Positions 27,443 through 37,409 of a DNA stretch of 41,975 nt are shown piece by piece; position 1 is the stretch's first letter; every line of letters starts with the position of its first letter. The translations under genes and the position numbers were made by a program. Location of the stretch: assembly GCA_964476735.1 (NCBI GenBank), contig CAYZBX010000003.1, forward strand, positions 1 through 41,975, given 5' to 3'. This DNA comes from an uncultured Micrococcaceae bacterium. Lineage in GTDB: Bacteria > Actinomycetota > Actinomycetes > Actinomycetales > Micrococcaceae. The notes beneath the pieces are model-generated. The model was not told the DNA's origin and ran no database searches. It saw nothing but the letters and a program-made list of their open reading frames with translations.

Positions 27443-27871
27443 ATGACCGAATCGCGAACCGAGACCCAAGCGGAGGCGTTGCGGCTGGATGCGACGGCGA
27501 CGGCGGTGTACGCGCACCTGTTTCAGGCGATGAGCGAGCCGTCCCGGTTGGCCGTGCTCCAGCATCTGGCCTATGGTCCGCACCGGGTGCGGGACCTCGT
27601 CGAGCACCTCGGGCTGAGCCAGCCGGCGGTGAGCAAGCACCTGAAGTTCCTGTTGGAGTGCGATTTGGTGACCCTGACGCCGAAAGGGCGGGCCTCTTGG
27701 TATGCGCTGGCGCAGCCGCAGCTGCTGGCCGACGTGATCAACGCGGCCGGTGCGCTGTTGCAAGCCACCGGGCGGGACGAGCAGCTCTGCGAGCACCTGT
27801 GTTGCCCGGTCCCAGACGAGCCGGGAGAGTCGGTTGACCTGACCGAGCGGACCAAAAGGGGTGAGCGCTGA
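27443..27871 (+). CDS. ArsR/SmtB-family metal-sensing repressor (CmtR-like)
   Basis: LFQAMSEPSRLAVL, HTH V.DLVEHLGLSQPAVSKHL..L..C.LV, GR.S.Y.L, C-terminal LCEHLCC; stop overlaps the czcD start. Confidence 0.9.
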   Translation: MTESRTETQAEALRLDATATAVYAHLFQAMSEPSRLAVLQHLAYGPHRVRDLVEHLGLSQPAVSKHLKFLLECDLVTLTPKGRASWYALAQPQLLADVINAAGALLQATGRDEQLCEHLCCPVPDEPGESVDLTERTKRGER

Positions 27872-28815
27872 TGGGTGGGCATCACCATCACCACGGCCCG
27901 TCCGTGGAGGAGCTGAGCCAGCCGGGCGATCACCGGCGCACACTCTGGGTGGTGTTCGGGCTGACGGTGGTCATCGTGCTGGCGCAGGCGATCGGCGCGG
28001 TCGTCACCGGTTCGCTGGCGCTGCTGACCGACACGGCGCACGCCTTGACCGATGCCAGCGGGCTGCTGGTCGCGTTGATCGCGGCGACGCTGATGCTGCG
28101 TCCGGCCGATTCGCGGCGAACCTGGGGTTTCCGTCGCATCGAAGTGCTTGCCGCTCTGGGCCAGTCAGTGCTGCTGCTGGCGGTCGGGTTGTACGGCGGC
28201 TTCGAGGGATTCCGTCGGCTCTTTGACCCGCCCGAGGTGCCGGCGGGGGAGCTACTGGTCTTCGGCGTCGTCGGCCTCGCCGCCAACCTAGTGGCATTGG
28301 CGCTGCTGGCGCGCAAGCGAACCGTGAACTTCAACATGCGGGCGGCGTTCCTGGAGGTGCTCAACGACGCGCTGGGCTCGGTCGGCGTCATCGCGGCGGC
28401 GGTGCTGATCGCGACGACGGGTTTCCACCGGGCAGACGCCATCGCCGGTCTGTTGATCGCTGGGCTGATGGTGCCGCGGGCCTTCCGGCTGATGGTGGCC
28501 ACCGGCCGGGTGCTGATGGAGTTCGTGCCCGAGGGTCTGGACCTCGACGAGGTGCGCGCGCACATCCTGAGCGTGGAACACGTACTGGATGTGCATGACC
28601 TGCACGCTTCCACGGTGGCGACCGGGCTGCCGACGCTGACCGCGCACGTGGTGCTGGAGGACGAATGCTTCACCGACGGGCACGCGCTGGAGGTGTTGGA
28701 GAAGGTGCGCACTTGTGTGGCGGAGCACTTCGAGGTGTCCATTAAGCACTCCACCATTCAGGTGGAGCCTCCGTACCTGTGCGCCAACGAGCCGGACTCG
28801 ATCAGGCACGCGTAG
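27871..28815 (+). CDS. czcD: Cation diffusion facilitator (Zn/Co/Cd efflux)
   Basis: His-rich N-terminus, GSLALL.D..H.L.D, TWGF.R.EVLAAL, NMRAAFLEV.ND.LGSV.V, VHDLH, H.TIQVE. Confidence 0.9.
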   Translation: MGGHHHHHGPSVEELSQPGDHRRTLWVVFGLTVVIVLAQAIGAVVTGSLALLTDTAHALTDASGLLVALIAATLMLRPADSRRTWGFRRIEVLAALGQSVLLLAVGLYGGFEGFRRLFDPPEVPAGELLVFGVVGLAANLVALALLARKRTVNFNMRAAFLEVLNDALGSVGVIAAAVLIATTGFHRADAIAGLLIAGLMVPRAFRLMVATGRVLMEFVPEGLDLDEVRAHILSVEHVLDVHDLHASTVATGLPTLTAHVVLEDECFTDGHALEVLEKVRTCVAEHFEVSIKHSTIQVEPPYLCANEPDSIRHA

Positions 28816-28849
28816 CGGCGGGTCCGCGGAACGCCGCAGTGGCGCGTGC

Positions 28850-29635
28850 TTACTCGTAGTCGCCGGCGCGTTCCGGAGCGTTGGCGAATTCCTCCTTGGC
28901 GGCCGGTTCGAAGAACTTGTAGGCCAGACCGGCCAGCGCGGCGCCCAGCAGCGGGGCGAGGAAGAACACCCAGACCTGCCCGATCGCCTCCGGGCCGGCG
29001 AAGAGCGCGGTGCCCAGCGAGCGGGCCGGGTTGACCGAGGTGTTGGAGATCGGGATCGAGACTAGGTGGATCAGCGTCAGGGACAGACCGATCGCCAGCG
29101 GCGCGAAGCCGATCGGGGCCCGGCGGTCGGTGGAGCCCAGGATCACGATCAGGAAGATGAAGGTCAGCAGGGCCTCGGCGATGAACACCGCCAGCAGCGA
29201 GTAGCCACCCGGAGAGCGTTCGGCGTAGCCGTTGGAGGCGAACCCGGAGGCGACCGGGTCAAAGCCGGCCTTGCCGGAGGCCACGACCAGCAGGGCGGCA
29301 CCGGCGACCACGCCGGCGATCAGCTGGGTTACCCAGTAGGCGGCGGCCTCCTTCCAGCCGATCCGCTTGGCCAGCGCCACCCCGAGGGTGACAGCGGGGT
29401 TGAAGTGGCCGCCGGAGATGTGCCCGACGGCGTACGCCATCGTCACCACGGTCAGGCCGAAGGCCAGCGCGACGCCGAGGAAGCCGATGCCCAGCTGGGC
29501 GCCGTCGTCGGTCAGGAACAGGGCCGCGTACAGGGCGGAGCCGGCGCCGCCGAAGACGAGGAAGAAGGTGCCGATGAACTCGGCGCCGAGGGCCTGGGAG
29601 AGTCGGGGTGTGCGGTCGGTTGCGGTGTCAGACAT
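28850..29635 (-). CDS. aqpZ: Aquaporin Z
   Basis: [54 protein letters not shown]. Confidence 0.95.
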   Translation of the reverse strand: MSDTATDRTPRLSQALGAEFIGTFFLVFGGAGSALYAALFLTDDGAQLGIGFLGVALAFGLTVVTMAYAVGHISGGHFNPAVTLGVALAKRIGWKEAAAYWVTQLIAGVVAGAALLVVASGKAGFDPVASGFASNGYAERSPGGYSLLAVFIAEALLTFIFLIVILGSTDRRAPIGFAPLAIGLSLTLIHLVSIPISNTSVNPARSLGTALFAGPEAIGQVWVFFLAPLLGAALAGLAYKFFEPAAKEEFANAPERAGDYE

Positions 29636-29737
29636 GGCAAATCCTTAGGCAGTGCGAGTACCGATGTGCCCTCAGTCTATGCCCGTTGGCCGCGGTTTGG
29701 CCGAAAAATGCAGAAGCATCCGGCCGCACTTAAGCCG

Positions 29738-29777
29738 CTTTGCGGTCACCCGCCGCCGTGGACGGATGACCGCAAAG
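29738..29777 (-). terminator. Probable terminator after codA
   Basis: CTTTGCGGTCA / TGACCGCAAAG perfect 11-bp stem. Confidence 0.65.
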
Positions 29778-29803
29778 TGCTCTTGGCGGGTGGCTAGGTG
29801 CCG

Positions 29804-31378
29804 CTACTGGCCGCCGCGGATCATCTCGGCGCACTTCTCGCCCATCATCATCACCGTGATGTTGGGGTTGACGGTCACGATCTCCGGCATTGCGGAGGCG
29901 TCCGCCACGCGCAACCGGTTCACGCCCTTGACCCGAAGCTGGGGGTCAATCGGGGTGAGCGGGTCCGAGGCCGGCCCCATCGCCACGGTTCCCACCGGGT
30001 GGTAGACCGTGTTGTGGGTCTGCTTGATGTACTCGGCCAGCTGCTCGTCGGTCTGGGCGTCCACGCCGGGAGCCAGCTCCTCGCCGGCCCACTCCGCCAT
30101 CGCCGGCTGCGCCATGATCTCGCGCGCCTTGCGGATCCCGGCGATCATCACCCGCATGTCGTGCCCCTCCGGATCGGTGAAGTAGCGCGGGTCCACCTTC
30201 GGCTTGTCCCGGTAGTCGAGGGAGGCCAACCGGATGGTGCCCTTTGACTTGGCGTGGGTGACGTTCGGGGTCAGGCAGATCATGTCATCGGCGGTCGGGT
30301 AGCCGGCCCGGTAGGTGTGCATGTCGAACGGGACTGAGCCGTAGTGCATCATCAGATCCGGGCGGTCTAGGCCCTCCTGCGTCGGGGTGAAGATGCCGAT
30401 CTCCCACCACTGGGTGGAGGTGCGCACCATCGGCTTCTTAGCGGCCCACTGCACCACGCCCTCCGGGTGGTCCTGCAGGTTTTCCCCGACGCCCGGGGCG
30501 TCCACCAGCACGTCGATGCCGACCTCGCGCAGGTGCTCGGCCGGGCCGATGCCGGAGAGCATCAGCAGCTGCGGGGTGCCGATGGCGCCGGCGGAGACGA
30601 TGACTTCCTTGGCGGCGGCGATGCGCCGCTGCCGGCCGAAGGCGTTGTTGACCACGTGCACGCCGGTGCAGTTGTTCTCCCCGTCGAACTCCAGCTTGGT
30701 GGCCCAGGTGTCCGTGAGGATGGTCAGGTTTTCCCGGTCCAGGATGGGGTGCAGGTAGGAGACCGAGGAGGAGCCGCGGGTGCCGTCCGCCTTGCGGTTG
30801 ATCTGGAAGAAGTTGGCCCCGTTGATCACGGTGCTGCCGCTGTTGAACCGGGTGCGCGGGATGCCGGCCTGCTCGCAGGCGTCCAACAGGGCCACCCCGC
30901 AGGGGTCGTCGGCGGGCACGTTCTGCAGCCGGACCGGGCCGTCGGCGCCGTGGTGCTCGCCGCCTTCGGTGCCGGCGTCCTCGTTGCTCTCCAGCTTGGT
31001 GAACAGCGGGAAGGTCTTCTCCGCCTCCCAGCCCTCGGCCCCGTACTTGCCGGCCCACTCGTCCAGGTCCTCTGCGGGGGCCCAGAACGCGATGCAGGAG
31101 TTGTGCGAGGAGCAGCCGCCCAGCACCTTGGCGCGGGCGTGCCGCATAAAGGAGTTGCCGTTCTCCTGCGGTTCGATGGTGTAGTCCCAGTCGTAGCCGG
31201 ACTCCAGCAGCTCCATCCAGCGGTCCAGCTGCAGGACGACGTCCTTGTCGACGTCGGTGACGCCGGCCTCGCTCAGCCCGACGGTGACGGTGGGGTCTTC
31301 GCTGAGCCGGGCGGCGACGACGGCGCCGGCGGACCCGCCGCCCACGACGACGTAGTCAAAGGTGTGGATTGTCTCCAT
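29804..31378 (-). CDS. codA: Choline oxidase (GMC oxidoreductase)
   Basis: Close to Arthrobacter CodA: FMRHARAKVLGGCSSHNSCIAFW (flavinylated His), TQWWEIGIF, HNTVYHPVGT, VNPNITVMM. Start ATG at 31378 after AAGGAG. Confidence 0.95.
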   Translation of the reverse strand: METIHTFDYVVVGGGSAGAVVAARLSEDPTVTVGLSEAGVTDVDKDVVLQLDRWMELLESGYDWDYTIEPQENGNSFMRHARAKVLGGCSSHNSCIAFWAPAEDLDEWAGKYGAEGWEAEKTFPLFTKLESNEDAGTEGGEHHGADGPVRLQNVPADDPCGVALLDACEQAGIPRTRFNSGSTVINGANFFQINRKADGTRGSSSVSYLHPILDRENLTILTDTWATKLEFDGENNCTGVHVVNNAFGRQRRIAAAKEVIVSAGAIGTPQLLMLSGIGPAEHLREVGIDVLVDAPGVGENLQDHPEGVVQWAAKKPMVRTSTQWWEIGIFTPTQEGLDRPDLMMHYGSVPFDMHTYRAGYPTADDMICLTPNVTHAKSKGTIRLASLDYRDKPKVDPRYFTDPEGHDMRVMIAGIRKAREIMAQPAMAEWAGEELAPGVDAQTDEQLAEYIKQTHNTVYHPVGTVAMGPASDPLTPIDPQLRVKGVNRLRVADASAMPEIVTVNPNITVMMMGEKCAEMIRGGQ

Positions 31379-31401
31379 GGGGATGCTCCTTGAGGGGTTC
31401 G

Positions 31402-32904
31402 TTATTCGGCGGTGTTGCTGTGCTCGTCGCTGAACCAGCCGGTGGCCGCGGGGGCTAGGTTCTGGTAGACGTGCTTGGGTTCTTGGTACTCGCCCAGCCC
31501 GGTCGGGCCCAGCTCGCGGCCGATGCCGGATTGGCCGAAGCCGCCCCATTCGGCCTGCGGCAGGTAGGGGTGGAAGTCGTTGATCCAGATGGTGCCGTGG
31601 CGCAGCTTGCGGGCGATGCGCTGGGCCTTGCCAGTGTCCCGGCTCCAGACGGCGCCGGCCAGCCCGTAGATGGTGTCGTTGGCGGTGGCGATGGCCTCCT
31701 CCTCGGTGCGGAAGGTCTCCACCGTGACGACGGGGCCGAACGCCTCCTCGGTGACCACGGACATGCCGCGGCGGACCTGATCCAGCACCGTGGGCAGGTA
31801 GTAGTAGCCCTTGTCCAGGCCCGGGCCGTCGGTCTCGTCGGCGAAGCGGCCGCCGCAGCGCACCCGAACGCCCTCGGCGATGCCGTCTTGGACGTATTGG
31901 TGCACCTTGTCCCGGTGCTCGGCGGAGATCAGCGGGCTGGTCTCCGCGGCCGGGTCGTAGGGCCCGCCGAGGCGGATCTTGCCGGCCTTGGCGACCAGCG
32001 CCGCGGTGAACTCCTCGGCGATGGACTCCTCCACGATGATGCGGGCACCGGCGGAGCAGACCTGTCCGGAGTGCACGAACCCGCCGTTGAGCGCGTTGTC
32101 CACCGCGGCGTCGAAGTCGGCGTCGGCGAAGATGATGTTCGGGTTCTTCCCGCCCAGTTCCAGCGCGACCTTCTTCACGGTGGCCGCGGCATTCGCGGCG
32201 ATCAGCCGGCCGGTGATGACCCCGCCGGTGAAGGAGACTAGGTCCACGTCCGGGTGGGTGGAGAGCGGGTTACCGCAGTCCGCGCCGGCACCGGTGATCA
32301 GGTTCGCGACCCCGTCCGGCAGGCCCAGTTCCGCCAGCACCTCCATGAGCAGGATGGCGGTGTGCGGGGTGAGCTCGGCGGGCTTGAGCACGAAGGTGTT
32401 GCCGGCGGCCAGCGCCGGGGCGACCTTCCAGGCGGCCTGCAGCAGCGGGTAGTTCCACGGCGTGATCAGCCCGCAGACCCCCACCGGCTCGTGCACGATG
32501 ACGGAAGCCACGTTGGGGTCCCCGGCGTCCACCACCCGGCCGGCGTCGGCCGTGGCCAGCTTCCCGAAGTAACGGAAGCAGGCGATGATGTCGTCCATAT
32601 CCATGCGGGCCTCGACGATGCGCTTGCCGGTGTCCAACGCCTCGGCGCGGGCGAACTCCTCCTTGCGCTCGGTCAGCCGGTCGGCGACCCGCAGCAGGAA
32701 GTCCCCGCGTTCGGCGGCCGGGACATCCGCCCAGACCCCGGAGTCGAACGCGGCCCGTGCCGCGGTGATGGCGGCGACGGTGTCCGCCTCGGTGGCCTCC
32801 GCGACCACCCCCACCTCGGTCTGATCGGCCGGGCAGGTGATGGTGCGGGTGCCGCCGGCCTGTGCCGGCCGCCATGCGCCGTTGATGTACAGCGTTGCTG
32901 ACAT
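31402..32904 (-). CDS. betB: Betaine aldehyde dehydrogenase
   Basis: [41 protein letters not shown]; lies between betT and codA. Confidence 0.9.
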   Translation of the reverse strand: MSATLYINGAWRPAQAGGTRTITCPADQTEVGVVAEATEADTVAAITAARAAFDSGVWADVPAAERGDFLLRVADRLTERKEEFARAEALDTGKRIVEARMDMDDIIACFRYFGKLATADAGRVVDAGDPNVASVIVHEPVGVCGLITPWNYPLLQAAWKVAPALAAGNTFVLKPAELTPHTAILLMEVLAELGLPDGVANLITGAGADCGNPLSTHPDVDLVSFTGGVITGRLIAANAAATVKKVALELGGKNPNIIFADADFDAAVDNALNGGFVHSGQVCSAGARIIVEESIAEEFTAALVAKAGKIRLGGPYDPAAETSPLISAEHRDKVHQYVQDGIAEGVRVRCGGRFADETDGPGLDKGYYYLPTVLDQVRRGMSVVTEEAFGPVVTVETFRTEEEAIATANDTIYGLAGAVWSRDTGKAQRIARKLRHGTIWINDFHPYLPQAEWGGFGQSGIGRELGPTGLGEYQEPKHVYQNLAPAATGWFSDEHSNTAE

Positions 32905-32956
32905 GCGTGGGTGCTCCTTGAACGTGGGTGCTAGCTGGTGGTTGTGCGTGCGGTGG

Positions 32957-35113
32957 TTACTTCGGCTCGGCGGTGGCCGTGGTGCCGTCGGCGGGGTCGC
33001 GGAAGTCGTCGCCCCAGTCGGTGACCCGGGTGGCCTCCTCCGCGACGGCGGCGTCGGTGCGGCCGTCGCTGATGCGCAGGTACTCCAAGTGTGACTCGAA
33101 GTGGCCCAGCACGTCGGCGATCAGCCGGTCGTAGCTGTACCCGTAGACGTTGTAGCCGTGGGAGCCGGAACCGGTGAACACCTCGAGCCGGTAGTAGGTG
33201 CTCATGTCCATGTTCTTCCCGGTGGCAAACACCGGGATCTCGTGGGCCACCGGGTACACCTGATAGGTGAAGTCCTGCTGGTTCTCGAAGCGCACCCGCA
33301 GCAGCCAAGAGGCGATCTGCGCGTTGGTGGTGTGGGTGCGTTCGACGGCGCAGCTCACCCCGGTCTCGGCCAGCTCCTTGCTGACCTCCTCCAGCGCCGG
33401 TTCCACCACGGCGTCCACGTACTTGGCGGCGTCCTGCGCGTCCGGGAAGGTGGTGGCCTGCCTCAGCCGCTTGCGCCAGCTGATCTCCGTGTGCCCAAAG
33501 CGCAGCGGCATCGTCGCGGTGTAACCCTCCTGGTGCTGGGACTCGTCCTTCAGCGCCCGGAACAGGGAGACCATGACCAGATACAGCAGCAGCGAGACGG
33601 GCAGGCCGATGATGACGGTGGCCTGTTGCAGCGTCGGGACGCCGCCGACCAGCAGCATGCCAAGGGTGAGCAGACCAGTGGCGACCGCCCAGAACACCCG
33701 CAGCCGCTTGTCCGCGTCCTGCTTGGGGTCCTCGATCTTGGAGGACAGGTTGGCCAGCACCAGCGCCCCGGAGTCCGCGCTGGTCACGTAGAACAGCAGG
33801 CCGGTCAGCAGCGCCAGCCCGACGACGAGCGGCGCGGCCGGGTACTGCTGCATCAGGGTGAAGAAGCCCTGCTCCGGCACCGAGATGACGGTCTCGCCGA
33901 ACTCGGTGTCCCCGCCGAGCACCACGGCCAGCGCCGAGTTGCCCAGGATGGAGATGAAGATCGCGATGAAGGCGAACGGGATGACCATGACGCCGAAGAT
34001 GAACTGGCGCAGGCTGCGGCCCCGGGAGATGCGGGCTAGGAAGAGGCCGACGAACGGCGCCCAGGCTACCCACCAGGCCCAGAAGAAGATGGTCCAGCCC
34101 TGCATCCACTCGTCCGGCTGGTCCCAGGCGAAGGTCTCCATGATCATGTGCGGGAAGCGGGCGACGAAGTCCCCAACGTTCATGACCAGCCCCTCGAACA
34201 GGGTGCGGGTCTCCCCGGTGATCAGGATCCACAGCAGCAGCGCGATGGCCAGCAGCACGTTCAGCTCGGAGAGCCGGCGGATGCCCTTCTCCACGCCGGT
34301 GACGGTGGAGATGGTGGCCATCAGCACGGAGAGCACGATCAGCGCGATCTGCATGGCCAAGTTGTCCGGGGTGCCGAAGAGCACGTGCATGCCGTAGCTG
34401 AGCTGGACGACGCCGATGCCGAGGGTGACGGAGATGCCGAAGATGGTGCCCAGCACCGCCATGATGTCCACGGTGTGTCCGAGGGCGCCGTTGACCCGGT
34501 TGCCGAAGATCGGCACCAGCAGCGAACGGATGTTCAGCGGCAGGTTGCGCCGGTAGGCGAAGTAGGCGAACGCGCCGCCCATCAGGGCGTACATCGCCCA
34601 GCCGACCGGCCCGTAGTGGAAGAAGGTCCAGACGATCGCCTGCCGGGCGGCCTCCACGGTGGCACCGTCCCCGGTGGGCGGGTGCATGTACTGGGAGACC
34701 GGTTCCGCGACGGCGAAGAACAGCAGATCGATGCCGATGCCGGCGGCGAACAGCATGGACGCCCAGGTGAACAGGTTGAACTGCGGCTTGGCGTGGTCCG
34801 GGCCGAGCTTGCGCTGACCCATCTTGGAGAACGCCAGATAGAGCACGAAGGTGACCACGACCGCGGCGGTGAGGACGAAGTACCAGCCAAAGGTCTCGGA
34901 GATCCAGACCAGCAGGGCGCCGATGATCTCACCGGCCTGAACCGGCGCGAGGATGGCCCACAGCGCGATCGCGATGATGGTGACGCCGGAGCCGATCAGC
35001 ACCTGCCGACGGATCACCGCCTTGGCCGGGACGCCGGCTCCCTTGGGCGGTGCGTTCTTGGAGGGGCTGGACGGACTGGACTGGCTGGGTGAACTGGTGT
35101 CAGGCTGTAACAT
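32957..35113 (-). CDS. betT: BCCT-family choline transporter with a long C-terminal domain
   Basis: W.SMLFAAGIGIDL.FF, FHYG..GW.MY.L, WTIFFWAWWVAWAPFVGLFLARISRGR, TSADSG. Start at MLQPD (35113) is the most likely. Confidence 0.92.
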   Translation of the reverse strand: MLQPDTSSPSQSSPSSPSKNAPPKGAGVPAKAVIRRQVLIGSGVTIIAIALWAILAPVQAGEIIGALLVWISETFGWYFVLTAAVVVTFVLYLAFSKMGQRKLGPDHAKPQFNLFTWASMLFAAGIGIDLLFFAVAEPVSQYMHPPTGDGATVEAARQAIVWTFFHYGPVGWAMYALMGGAFAYFAYRRNLPLNIRSLLVPIFGNRVNGALGHTVDIMAVLGTIFGISVTLGIGVVQLSYGMHVLFGTPDNLAMQIALIVLSVLMATISTVTGVEKGIRRLSELNVLLAIALLLWILITGETRTLFEGLVMNVGDFVARFPHMIMETFAWDQPDEWMQGWTIFFWAWWVAWAPFVGLFLARISRGRSLRQFIFGVMVIPFAFIAIFISILGNSALAVVLGGDTEFGETVISVPEQGFFTLMQQYPAAPLVVGLALLTGLLFYVTSADSGALVLANLSSKIEDPKQDADKRLRVFWAVATGLLTLGMLLVGGVPTLQQATVIIGLPVSLLLYLVMVSLFRALKDESQHQEGYTATMPLRFGHTEISWRKRLRQATTFPDAQDAAKYVDAVVEPALEEVSKELAETGVSCAVERTHTTNAQIASWLLRVRFENQQDFTYQVYPVAHEIPVFATGKNMDMSTYYRLEVFTGSGSHGYNVYGYSYDRLIADVLGHFESHLEYLRISDGRTDAAVAEEATRVTDWGDDFRDPADGTTATAEPK

Positions 35114-35270
35114 GGTGGCCTTCCCGCGATGGTGGCGAGTGCTAAACGTCGATGTTTGGCGCTGTGCGTGATGGGAGTCGGTGCAAGAGGATCGGGTCTG
35201 TCGGTGCTGTAAGCCTCGTGGACGTCGATGGTGAGAAAACCGTTCGTGGCGGCGATTCGAGAGATTTTTA

Positions 35271-35287
35271 GTTGATAATAGTGCAAC
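35271..35287. promoter_or_regulatory. Candidate IclR operator, site 1 (GTTG-N9-CAAC)
   Basis: GTTGATAATAGTGCAAC in the divergent betT/IclR region; a near-copy lies at 40391. Confidence 0.6.
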
Positions 35288-35376
35288 TGAATTCGCCATT
35301 CAATACTAACGAGTAACTCTTCTTTCGGCTACAGTGAAGAAAAAACTCCACCGAACGTGCGAAAAGAGGCAGGGGC

Positions 35377-36180
35377 ATGACCGAAGAGGCTAGGAGCAGC
35401 GGGGGCGTTCAATCCGTGGACCGCGCCGCCGTCGTGCTGCAGATTCTGGCCCGCGACGGGCAGGCCGGGGTCAGCGAGATCGCCGAGGAGATCGGCATCC
35501 ACAAGTCCTCCGCGTCCCGGCTGCTGGCCGCCCTGCAGGCGCACGAGCTGGTGCAGCAGGACTACGACCGCGGCAAGTATCGCCTCGGTTTCGGCATCCT
35601 GCGCCTGGCCGCCTCAATCCCGGGCCAGCTGAACTTGGTCCAGGAGGGCGGGTCGGTGCTGCGGGCCCTAGCCGAGGAGGCCGGGGAGACCGTGAACTTG
35701 GCCGTGCAGCGTTCCGGCTACGCGGTGAATGTGGATCAGGCGATGGGGCCGTCCACCCTCGCCAGCCAAGACTGGGTGGGCTCCTTGACGCCGTTGCACG
35801 CCACGGCCAGCGGCAAGGTGCTGTTGGCCGGGCTGGGTTCGGAGGAACGCAGCAAGCTGTTGAAAGCGACCAAGTTGACACCATTCACCTCCAAGACGGT
35901 GACGAAGCGCTCCGTGCTAGAGCAGCAGCTGGCCGAGGTGGCCAGCAGCGGGCTCGCGTTCACGGACGAGGAATACGAGTACGGATTGGTTGCGGTGGCG
36001 GTGCCGGTGCGCGACCACGTGGGGCACGTGTTTGCCAGCGTGAGTATCTCCGGGCCGAAGTTCCGCTTTGCCCCCCGCCAGCAGCCGCAGCTGCTGGAGC
36101 AACTGCGGGCTGCCGGGTTGGCGCTGAGTAGACGGATGGGTTACTCCGGCGGCGCCGAGGACGCCTCGCCGACCGGCTGA
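35377..36180 (+). CDS. IclR-family transcriptional regulator
   Basis: VQSVDRA..VL, HTH GVSEIA.E.G.HKS..SRLL, GETVNLAV, PLHATASGKVLLA, VAVPV.D, SISGP.FR. Confidence 0.95.
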   Translation: MTEEARSSGGVQSVDRAAVVLQILARDGQAGVSEIAEEIGIHKSSASRLLAALQAHELVQQDYDRGKYRLGFGILRLAASIPGQLNLVQEGGSVLRALAEEAGETVNLAVQRSGYAVNVDQAMGPSTLASQDWVGSLTPLHATASGKVLLAGLGSEERSKLLKATKLTPFTSKTVTKRSVLEQQLAEVASSGLAFTDEEYEYGLVAVAVPVRDHVGHVFASVSISGPKFRFAPRQQPQLLEQLRAAGLALSRRMGYSGGAEDASPTG

Positions 36181-37409
36181 ACAACCGCGCGGTCGGCCAG
36201 CGGAGCGGTCTCCGGGGTGATGCCGAGCAGTTGCACGCCGCTGGGTTGGGCGCCGCGGATGCGCTCCTCCGCCCAGTCCTGGAAGGGCTGGATGTGGTGC
36301 TCGCTGGGTACCAGCACGCCGCCGCGCGCGTAGCTGCGCGAACCCATGCCGGGTTGGCAGCGCTCGCAGGCGTCGAAGTCCTGCATGTTGACCCGGTGGA
36401 ACAGCTCGACCGAGGCGGAGACGTCTCGGCCGGAGGCCACGACGTCGGGCAGGAAGAGCCAATCGCATTCCACGATGGTGTGGTCCGCGGCCAGTGGGAA
36501 CATCCGGTGGATGATCACGTGGTCCGGCACCAGGTTGATGAACACGTTCGGTTTGACAGTAATGGCGTAGTAGCGCCGGTCTTGGTCCTCGCTCACGTTC
36601 GGGATGGCCTCTTGGCCGGCGGAGCCGTCGACGGTGAAGCCCTGGATGTCCTCGCCGAACTCGGCGCCGTGACCAACGAAGTACTGGGCGGCCAGCCCGT
36701 CGGCGAACTCCGGGAGCACCTCGGTGAGCTCGGGGTGGATGGTGGCGCAGTGGTAGCACTCCATGAAGTTCTCGATGATGAGCTTCCAGTTGGCCTTCAC
36801 GTCGTAGCGGATGCGCTTGCCGACGGAGAGGTTGGCGATGTCGTATCCGTCGATGGCGGTGAGTTCGCCGAGGCGTTCGCCGATCGCGCCCAGCACGTCC
36901 TCCTCGAACGAGGGCGGCTGCTCGGCTAAGCACACCCACACGTAGCCGAGGTATTCGCGGATGTGTACCGGCAGCAGGCCGAACTCGGAGCGGTCGATGT
37001 CCGGCATCTTGGTCAGGTGCGGGGCCGCCACCAGCTTGCCGGTGAAATCGTAGGTCCACGCGTGGTAGGGGCACTGGAAGGCGCGCTTGGCCTGCCCGGA
37101 TTCCTCCATGCACAGTTGGACCCCGCGGTGCCGGCACACGTTGAAGAAGCCCTTGACCTCCCCGCCGCGGGTGCGCGTCAGCAGGATGGACTCGCGGCCG
37201 ATCTGCACCGTCTTGAACGAGCCCGGCTTGGGGATGTCCGTGCCGCGGATGGCGCAGAACCACATGTTCTCGAGGATGTTTTGCTGCTCGGCGGTGAACA
37301 GTCCGCTGTCGGTGTAGGCGCTGCCGGGCAGTGTGGGCAGCAGCGACGGGGTGTGCGGCACGGCCTGGGCCGCATCGAGTGGGGCGGCCTGCGGTTGGGT
37401 TTGAGTCAT
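36141..37409 (-). CDS. Rieske non-heme iron oxygenase alpha subunit, probable glycine betaine demethylase (GbcA/BmoA-like)
   Basis: Rieske CRHRG...CPYHAW, mononuclear site ENFMECYHC.TIHP, QD..ACE; context between choline oxidation and DMG oxidase genes. Confidence 0.87.
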   Translation of the reverse strand: MTQTQPQAAPLDAAQAVPHTPSLLPTLPGSAYTDSGLFTAEQQNILENMWFCAIRGTDIPKPGSFKTVQIGRESILLTRTRGGEVKGFFNVCRHRGVQLCMEESGQAKRAFQCPYHAWTYDFTGKLVAAPHLTKMPDIDRSEFGLLPVHIREYLGYVWVCLAEQPPSFEEDVLGAIGERLGELTAIDGYDIANLSVGKRIRYDVKANWKLIIENFMECYHCATIHPELTEVLPEFADGLAAQYFVGHGAEFGEDIQGFTVDGSAGQEAIPNVSEDQDRRYYAITVKPNVFINLVPDHVIIHRMFPLAADHTIVECDWLFLPDVVASGRDVSASVELFHRVNMQDFDACERCQPGMGSRSYARGGVLVPSEHHIQPFQDWAEERIRGAQPSGVQLLGITPETAPLADRAVVQPVGEASSAPPE

